Assembly: GCA_964013405.1 (NCBI GenBank)
Contig: CAXGWI010000005.1
Coordinates: 1-64,000, forward strand
DNA: 64,000 nt
Direction: 5' to 3'
Source: an uncultured Myxococcales bacterium
GTDB taxonomy: Bacteria; Myxococcota; UBA4151
Shown piece after piece: positions 57,618 to 64,000 of this stretch. The notes under the pieces were generated by a model, which saw only the letters and a program-made list of their open reading frames with translations, did not search any database and was not told where the DNA came from. How positions within the stretch are numbered: the stretch's first letter is position 1; each line of letters starts with the position of its first letter. Made by a program: the position numbers and the translations under genes.

Positions 57618-60239
57618 TTACACCTCCTCCGTTGCTGCGAGGAGCGATTCGATGGCGGCGCTGAGTTCTTCCGCCCGGTAGGGCTTTGAAATATAGCCAT
57701 CCATGCCTGCATTTAAGCAGGCTTCTCGGTCCTCCGCTTCTGTCCTTGCGGTGACGGCTAGAATCGGCAGGCGTCGTGTAGCGCCGGCCTCCGCTTCCCA
57801 GCGGCGGATGTCACGGCTGAGGTCCAGGCCGCTCTCACGGGCCAACATGACGTCCATAAGCACCAAGTTCACGTCGGTGCCCTCGCCCTTTTGCAGGGCC
57901 CCCAGACGGTCGTTAACCTCGGCACCGGTGGCGACCAACTCCACCGTGAGGCCAAGTTTTTCCAACATGGCTTGGGCGACCAGCTGATTCACAGGGTCGT
58001 CTTCAACCACCAAGACGAGGGCCGAGAGTGCCGCTTGTGGGTCGGCCTCTTCGTCGCTGAGGACAGGCGGTGCTTCCGTTTCAATGCCGGCCTCGTCCAC
58101 GACGACGGAGAAGCCAAAGCGAGTAATACCTGCACCTTGATCGGAGAAGAAAGCCTCTCCACCCATACGCTCCGCCAAGAGTTTGAGGGCCAACAGGTCA
58201 ATGCCGCACCAGCGGGCAGCCCCGGGATCGGAACGAGACCCCAGCACACCAAAGACGTTCTCTTGTTGATCGGGGGGGATGGCTGGACCCGCGTCTGATA
58301 CCTCGATCCGGACAGTCCACTGACCACCCGCCCTGTGGGCCTCTCCCCGGACCGCAATGGTCCCGGTCTCGGTGTAATGGAGACTGCGACGAAGGAGACA
58401 GTTGATCATCTGGCGCAGCCGCAGGTCGTCAACGATCCCCTGCAGTTCGTGTGGGATCATGAGATCGAGAGCGAGATCGAGCCCTTTGGTCTTGGCCTCG
58501 TTGTGATGGAGTTCGACCACCGCAGAAAGGAGTTCGGCAAGGCGCACCGTGCGCTGGTTAAACTCCAGTGCGTCCGCCTCTAGATGAACCAAGTCCTGAA
58601 CATCGTAGATGGTCTCCATGATGCGTTGGGCTTGGCTCTGCAACTGCTGGGCCGAGGCCCTCAATTGGATGGGCTGGCCTCCCTGGTCAGCCACCAATTG
58701 ACTCAAGCCGATCACCGAATGAAGAGGGCCTCGAACCTCTTGGTTAAGTCCGACCATGAGTTGGTTGCGGGCCTCGGCCTGCCGGCGCAGGTCATCATTT
58801 CGTGCCCGAGATGCTGTCAGTTGAGCTTCGGTGGCTAACAACTGGTCTTCGATGGTCTTCAGTTCGCTGTTGAGGCTGTCTTTGGCCTGGACCGTCGACG
58901 TAACGTCATGGGCGATAAAGATGGCCCCCTGACCATCGCCGAGGGAGATGAGTGTCGCTTGCAGTGTCCGTTCGCCGTCGCAGTGGAGCAGTCCCGTCCA
59001 GTTGAGCGACTTCCCCGCTGCCGACGGCCCTGGCAGTTCATGGTCTTTGGCCTCTACGACCTCGCTCAGGGGCACACCGACCAAGGCATCGGGCGACGCT
59101 CTACCTACGAGTTCGGCCAGTGGTGTGCCGGTGATGAGAATTTGAAGTTGGTCGTCGACAATGGCGGAAGGAAGGGCTCGAACGACCGCCTTCTGCCGCT
59201 CTTTCAGGGTGGTGAAACCGCTGGCATCAATGCAGTTGATCAGGCTGATCTCATCGTTGATGCTCTGCCGGCTGAGGATGAGATGGTGACCATCATGCTC
59301 CCACTGCAGAGGCTCGGCACCTTCGAGGAAGCCATCGACGACCTCGGCGCCAAGACCTCGCTGGTCTAAGACTTCGTGCAGGGATTGACCGCTCTCCATC
59401 GGGCCGAGCAACCGTGTCGCCTCCGGATTGGTGGCGACGATGTAGTTGCGCTCAAGAAGGATGCAGCCTTCCCCCAGGCTCTCTAGAAGGCTTTGGACGA
59501 TCGGGAGGCGGTGGGCGCCGCCGGCGAGGGTGCGGCTGGCCTGCTGGAGTGAATCCGTCGCTTCCGCGTCCTCACCAAGAAGGGTGGAAAGACCATCTGA
59601 AACCCAGAGCAGGCGTCCGCCTACCTTCCGTCCTGTCCGCCAGGCGATGAACAGGGTCAGCAGGACACAGATGCCCACAACCAGGGCGACTCGGTCCCGA
59701 TACATTTCAATTTGATCGGCGGTGAGTTGATGCCGCTTTTGCGTGTCACTACGGTAGCTTTGGATCAATCCGAGCAGATCTTGGTACAGCAAGATTTGGG
59801 TTGGCTCCCAGCGCTTCGTTAGGTCCGATCGAGCCCGGTCGAACTGCTGCTCTCTGGCCAGTTCCACGATGGCGTAGCTCGCCTTTTCAAGGGCGCCAAA
59901 ATGGGTCTCTGCGGCTTGCAGATGGAGTTTGTGCGCTTCGGATTCCGCCAGGGTCTTTAGACATTCTAGCAAGCCAGTTCGTTGGCTTTGCATGCCTTCC
60001 AAGCGACTGGCGAACTGCTTGGGTTCCAGGGGGACGACCAGGCGCCGAAGGGAGTGGTCCCAATCCACAAGTCGGCGCTCACATTTAAGGATCTGCAGCG
60101 CTTGGTCCCAGTCTTCTGGCGCTTCGCCTTTGTGAATGTTTTGGGTCTTATGAAAGGCGTAGAGAGAGAAACCCCCGGCGGCGAGGACCAAGACCACGAG
60201 AAAGGTAAAGCCCAGTTGCAGGTGTGAACGCAGTTTCAT
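57618..60239 (-). CDS. Membrane hybrid sensor with degenerate kinase core (pseudokinase) and intact receiver
   Basis: Two TM segments, periplasmic helical sensor, H-box LNQEVRGPL (His replaced by Gln), altered N and G boxes, receiver VEDD..MD..TA..KP. Confidence 0.85.
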   Translation of the reverse strand: MKLRSHLQLGFTFLVVLVLAAGGFSLYAFHKTQNIHKGEAPEDWDQALQILKCERRLVDWDHSLRRLVVPLEPKQFASRLEGMQSQRTGLLECLKTLAESEAHKLHLQAAETHFGALEKASYAIVELAREQQFDRARSDLTKRWEPTQILLYQDLLGLIQSYRSDTQKRHQLTADQIEMYRDRVALVVGICVLLTLFIAWRTGRKVGGRLLWVSDGLSTLLGEDAEATDSLQQASRTLAGGAHRLPIVQSLLESLGEGCILLERNYIVATNPEATRLLGPMESGQSLHEVLDQRGLGAEVVDGFLEGAEPLQWEHDGHHLILSRQSINDEISLINCIDASGFTTLKERQKAVVRALPSAIVDDQLQILITGTPLAELVGRASPDALVGVPLSEVVEAKDHELPGPSAAGKSLNWTGLLHCDGERTLQATLISLGDGQGAIFIAHDVTSTVQAKDSLNSELKTIEDQLLATEAQLTASRARNDDLRRQAEARNQLMVGLNQEVRGPLHSVIGLSQLVADQGGQPIQLRASAQQLQSQAQRIMETIYDVQDLVHLEADALEFNQRTVRLAELLSAVVELHHNEAKTKGLDLALDLMIPHELQGIVDDLRLRQMINCLLRRSLHYTETGTIAVRGEAHRAGGQWTVRIEVSDAGPAIPPDQQENVFGVLGSRSDPGAARWCGIDLLALKLLAERMGGEAFFSDQGAGITRFGFSVVVDEAGIETEAPPVLSDEEADPQAALSALVLVVEDDPVNQLVAQAMLEKLGLTVELVATGAEVNDRLGALQKGEGTDVNLVLMDVMLARESGLDLSRDIRRWEAEAGATRRLPILAVTARTEAEDREACLNAGMDGYISKPYRAEELSAAIESLLAATEEV

Positions 60240-60274
60240 GGCCAGCCCGCTTGATTCTGCCTCAGGTCGCCGCT

Positions 60275-62629
60275 CTAGACCAGATTCTGCGTTGTTTGGG
60301 TTAACACTTTGAGTTTCGGTTCCAGCTGGGCGTAGACTTGATGGATCTGGTGGATTTCCCCGTGCACATCGACTCGGCCCGCTCTCCCCGCTTGCTCAAG
60401 GAGTTTCGCAAGTTCCGAGAATCGAAGGGCGCCGACCTGGGCAGAAGAGCTCTTGAGGCGGTGGGCCAGGCCCCAGAGTTGCTCTGCGTCTTCTTCTGAA
60501 ACCGCTTCGTCAAGTTCCGCAAGGAGACCTGGTGTTTGGGCCAGATAGGTTTCGATGAGGGTGGAGAAGACATGGCCTAGCGTGTCCCGTTGGTAAGCCA
60601 GTTGCTCCTCGTCGAGCTCACTTTCCAGCGCATTTGGAACGGCCGGTGAGCTGGGATCTCCAAGGGGCGCTTTGCCGGTGATCCCTTGGATGATTTGGTG
60701 CAGGTCAGCTTGTCTCACAGGCTTGGCGAGGTAGTCATCCATTCCGGCTGCGAGGCAGTCGGACTTTGTGCCGGGCATGACGTTGGCCGTCAGGGCAATG
60801 ATTGGGCAGGCGCCCCGCCCGCTGTCCCGTTCCCATTGGCGAATCTCTTCGGTGGCGTGGAGGCCGTCCAAGATGGGCATATGGAGATCCATCAGGACGA
60901 GGTCGTAGGTTTCCGACTTCAGCGCGCGGACCGCTTGTTCCCCGTCGGAAAGAACGCTGCAACGCTCGCCAAGGTTCTCGATCATGGCTTGGACGACCAC
61001 CTGATTGACCGGGTCGTCTTCGACCACAAGAACATGGATGCCCAACGGTGCAGAGTCAGCCTCGGGAGGGACCGTTTGCGACGTCGGTGGTGAGCTTTCG
61101 AGATCGCTGACTTGAAAGGGAAGTTCGACCCAGAAGAGCGAGCCCCTCGTCTCTGGGCTGTCCAGGCCGATCGTACCGCCCATGAGTTCACAGATCTCCT
61201 TCGAGATCGCAAGGCCCAGCCCTGTGCCGCCGAAGGCTCGAGTGTTGGAGTCGTCGACCTGGGAAAATCGCTCGAAGAGATGATGAGCCCTTTCCGGCCC
61301 AATGCCGATGCCTGTGTCCTCCACTTCAAAGCGAATCGTCCGTGTGGCTCCGGAGCGTTCATGGGCTTGGCAGCGTAGGACGATTCGGCCCGCTTCCGTA
61401 AACTTGATGGCATTGCCCAGGAGATTGACGAGAATCTGACGAACCCGGTCGGCGTCGGCCCGTAGCCAGGTGGCCCCCCTGAGATTTGAGTCCAATGAGA
61501 ACTCGAGCCCTTTGCTGCGGGCCGTATGTCCATAGAGGTCCATGAGATCGCTGAGGAGTTCGCTGAGATCGAAACGTTCTTGCCGCAGGCGAACCGCGCC
61601 CGCTTCCACCTGACTGATGTCGAGAACATCGTCCACCAGACGCAGGAGTCGCTCGCCAGAGCGGCTGAGGAGTTGAAGGTGCTCCATCTGGCTTGGCAAC
61701 AGGTGATGATTGCCGATCAACTCAGCGAGGCCAAGAATACCATTGAGAGGTGTCCTAAACTCATGGCTCATGTTGGCCAAGAATTGACTCTTGGCTCGAT
61801 TCGCCGCCTGGGCCTCTGTCATCGACTTCGCCAGTTGTTGTTCGATGAGCTTTTGCTCGGTGACGTTGCTGATCACGATCAAGATTTTATCGTCGAAGGG
61901 GATGCCGTCCACTTGGATGATCAACTTGAGGGAGCCCGAGCCAACCTGCTCCACCTCCAACTCGTGGCGAGAGAAGGCTTCACGCCGGCGGATCTTCTCC
62001 TGGAGGGTGGTCGGGAGGGAGAGGCGCTCAAGAATCTCACTCACCGGGCGCCCCCGCTCCGTCTCGAACAGCCCCTCGAACATGCGACGGAAGCCATCAT
62101 TGACGAGGACGATCCGATCCGCTTGGACCACGACGAGTCCTTGGGGAACCGCACTGAGGATGCGTTGGTTCAAAGCCTCCGAGTCGGCGAGCTCATCGGA
62201 GGTCGCAGACAGGTTGGCTTCGAGGGCTCGTTGCTTTTGCCGCTCCTGGTCAATGGCCCGGAAGTAGCCTTTGAGTTTGTTGATGAGTTGGCGCTCGTCC
62301 ACCGGCTTGAAGAGGTAATCGACCGCACCGAGACCGAAACCTTCCGCCACATCTTCTTCTCGCTTTGCTGCGGCGGTGAGAAAGATGATCGGTACATTGG
62401 CGTCTCGTTTGCGCTGTTTGATCATGTTGGCGGTTTCAAAGCCGTCTAGGCCCGGCATTTGAACATCGAGAATGATCACATCGACCGGCCGCTCGAGTAG
62501 GACAGCGAGGCCGGCCATGCCACTGGAGGCCTGAACGACTTCGACGCCGAGGTGCTCATCAAGCAAGGCTTCCAGGGTGAACAGGTTGTTCGGGTTATCG
62601 TCGACAATCAATACCGAGAATTGGGTCAT
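60275..62629 (-). CDS. Cytoplasmic hybrid histidine kinase (REC-PAS-HisKA-HATPase-REC-HPt)
   Basis: MSHEFRTPL, NLLGNAIKFT, DTGIG, GTGLGL, two receivers, HPt AHRLKSSS. Confidence 0.95.
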   Translation of the reverse strand: MTQFSVLIVDDNPNNLFTLEALLDEHLGVEVVQASSGMAGLAVLLERPVDVIILDVQMPGLDGFETANMIKQRKRDANVPIIFLTAAAKREEDVAEGFGLGAVDYLFKPVDERQLINKLKGYFRAIDQERQKQRALEANLSATSDELADSEALNQRILSAVPQGLVVVQADRIVLVNDGFRRMFEGLFETERGRPVSEILERLSLPTTLQEKIRRREAFSRHELEVEQVGSGSLKLIIQVDGIPFDDKILIVISNVTEQKLIEQQLAKSMTEAQAANRAKSQFLANMSHEFRTPLNGILGLAELIGNHHLLPSQMEHLQLLSRSGERLLRLVDDVLDISQVEAGAVRLRQERFDLSELLSDLMDLYGHTARSKGLEFSLDSNLRGATWLRADADRVRQILVNLLGNAIKFTEAGRIVLRCQAHERSGATRTIRFEVEDTGIGIGPERAHHLFERFSQVDDSNTRAFGGTGLGLAISKEICELMGGTIGLDSPETRGSLFWVELPFQVSDLESSPPTSQTVPPEADSAPLGIHVLVVEDDPVNQVVVQAMIENLGERCSVLSDGEQAVRALKSETYDLVLMDLHMPILDGLHATEEIRQWERDSGRGACPIIALTANVMPGTKSDCLAAGMDDYLAKPVRQADLHQIIQGITGKAPLGDPSSPAVPNALESELDEEQLAYQRDTLGHVFSTLIETYLAQTPGLLAELDEAVSEEDAEQLWGLAHRLKSSSAQVGALRFSELAKLLEQAGRAGRVDVHGEIHQIHQVYAQLEPKLKVLTQTTQNLV

Positions 62630-62702
62630 ATCGAGTTCGGTCAACGGGATCTCCTCTGTACAAACCAACGGTCTAGAGCGGGGCCCTTCACCGGCATCGA
62701 GA

Positions 62703-64000
62703 TCATTTCAGCCACCAACCCAGTGTGACAAGGCCCGCAAGCCCGAGAAGGCCGATGAGACTCCGCAGCGTCGCCGTCTGCCGCTGCGCTCGGTCCACGG
62801 CCTGTTGATAGGGGATATTGGAGAAGCTCACCATGCCATAGAGGGGGTGAAAGCCTGGCAGGATACGTTCCAGGGCCTGCTCGATCTTCTTTTGCATCAG
62901 GAACAGGGGCGAGGCCACTGCCGCCCGCATTTCGTGGTAGTGGTCGAGGGCGAGCTGCCGGATGGCAAAGCCATGGGGACAGCGCTCGGCACTGAAACGA
63001 CTCAAGGCCTCAGCTTGGGGATGTTGGGTCAACAAATCGTCCAGGAGGTTGGCGCTCTCAAAGGCTGCGTTCATGCCTTGGCCATAAAAAGGCACCACTG
63101 CGTGGGCCGCATCGCCGATGAGAACCACCCGTTCACCATAGTGGTAAGGGCTGCATTTGATCGTGGCGAGACCGCTATGGGGGTTGCTGAAAAAGTCGTC
63201 GATCAGCGTTGGCATGAGGGGGACGGCATCGGCGAACTGCTCATCGAAAAATCGCTGCACATCAGCGGGCTCTTTGAGCCGCTCGAAACACCAGTCGGTC
63301 TCGGACTTGAACGGTAAAAACAGGGTCACAGTGAAGCTCTTGTCCAGATTGGGCAGGGCGATGAGCATGTAGTCTTGGCGGGGCCAGATGTGGAGCCCTT
63401 TGGGGTCGATGGCGAAGTTGCCATCCGCGGCCGGCGGGATGGACAGTTCCACGTAACCTGAGTCGATCCACGTTTGGTCGTAGTTCAATTGACTCTGTTT
63501 CATCACCTGGTCGCGAACCGCAGAAAAGGCGCCATCGGCGCCAATCACCAAACTGGAATCATGGCTCTTCCGGTCACCAGAAGGGTCTTGAAAGGTCACC
63601 CTTCCCGTCTCTGCTTCGAGGGCAACGCAGGCTTGATCGAAGTGAAATGGAACGCCCGCAGCCTCCGCTTCGTTCATGAGGAGTGCGTTGAGATCTCGAC
63701 GGCTAACGCTGCGTATCGCTTGGTGCGCTTGACCGTAGGCTTGGAAGTTGAGCGCGCCCCCACGGTCATGGAGAATTCGGCCGGGCATCGGCAGGCTTTG
63801 CTCCAAGACGGTCTCTTGCAGACCCACTTTCTCAAGAGCCGTCAGCCCGCGGGTTGAAATAGCCAGATTGATGGATCGTCCGGCTGGAATATCCACTCGC
63901 CGTAGATCCGGGCGCCGCTCCCAAACCTCGACCCGCTGGCCTCGACGGGCCAAGTAGAGGGCCATTAATGATCCGGCCAGGCCGGCACCGACGATGTGAA
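62703..64000 (-). CDS. kmo: Kynurenine 3-monooxygenase, 5'-partial
   Basis: HIVGAGLAG at the window edge, GRSINLAISTRG, HIWPR, GDAAHAVVPFYGQGMN. Confidence 0.92.
   Translation of the reverse strand, partial: HIVGAGLAGSLMALYLARRGQRVEVWERRPDLRRVDIPAGRSINLAISTRGLTALEKVGLQETVLEQSLPMPGRILHDRGGALNFQAYGQAHQAIRSVSRRDLNALLMNEAEAAGVPFHFDQACVALEAETGRVTFQDPSGDRKSHDSSLVIGADGAFSAVRDQVMKQSQLNYDQTWIDSGYVELSIPPAADGNFAIDPKGLHIWPRQDYMLIALPNLDKSFTVTLFLPFKSETDWCFERLKEPADVQRFFDEQFADAVPLMPTLIDDFFSNPHSGLATIKCSPYHYGERVVLIGDAAHAVVPFYGQGMNAAFESANLLDDLLTQHPQAEALSRFSAERCPHGFAIRQLALDHYHEMRAAVASPLFLMQKKIEQALERILPGFHPLYGMVSFSNIPYQQAVDRAQRQTATLRSLIGLLGLAGLVTLGWWLK

Noticed and set aside
55789..57689. Repetitive DNA as a CRISPR array, or the Ser/Pro-rich plus-strand ORFs as genes
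   Set aside because: The repeats are degenerate codon-level echoes of the Cys-rich protein repeats on the minus strand. There are no identical repeats with unique spacers.

Overview
GC-rich chromosomal segment that looks like a myxobacterium-related deltaproteobacterium (Myxococcota-like). This is inferred from MYXO-CTERM-type tails, Myxococcus Cys-rich repeats, a myxobacterial-type TonB-dependent receptor and sigma-54 activators. The standout element is a complete diversity-generating retroelement (DGR) at about 1-2750. A template repeat (TR, 2614-2700), an avd gene and a DGR-type reverse transcriptase lie on the minus strand. They converge on a plus-strand target gene encoding a Myxococcus Cys-rich repeat plus an FGE-sulfatase/C-type-lectin-like domain. 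Its variable region (VR, 909-995) differs from TR at 10 of 87 positions, all of them TR adenines, and a GC hairpin follows the VR. The rest of the window holds housekeeping and metabolic genes (argJ, ileS, fabH, ilvE, trmH, cobB, kmo, acetoacetyl-CoA synthetase, ClpA-like ATPase). It also encodes many Cys-rich surface or lipoproteins, a two-matrixin operon, a polymerase-only family A DNA polymerase, O-acylation genes, and a hybrid kinase paired with a degenerate pseudokinase. I saw no rRNA, tRNA, CRISPR array, transposase or phage genes.
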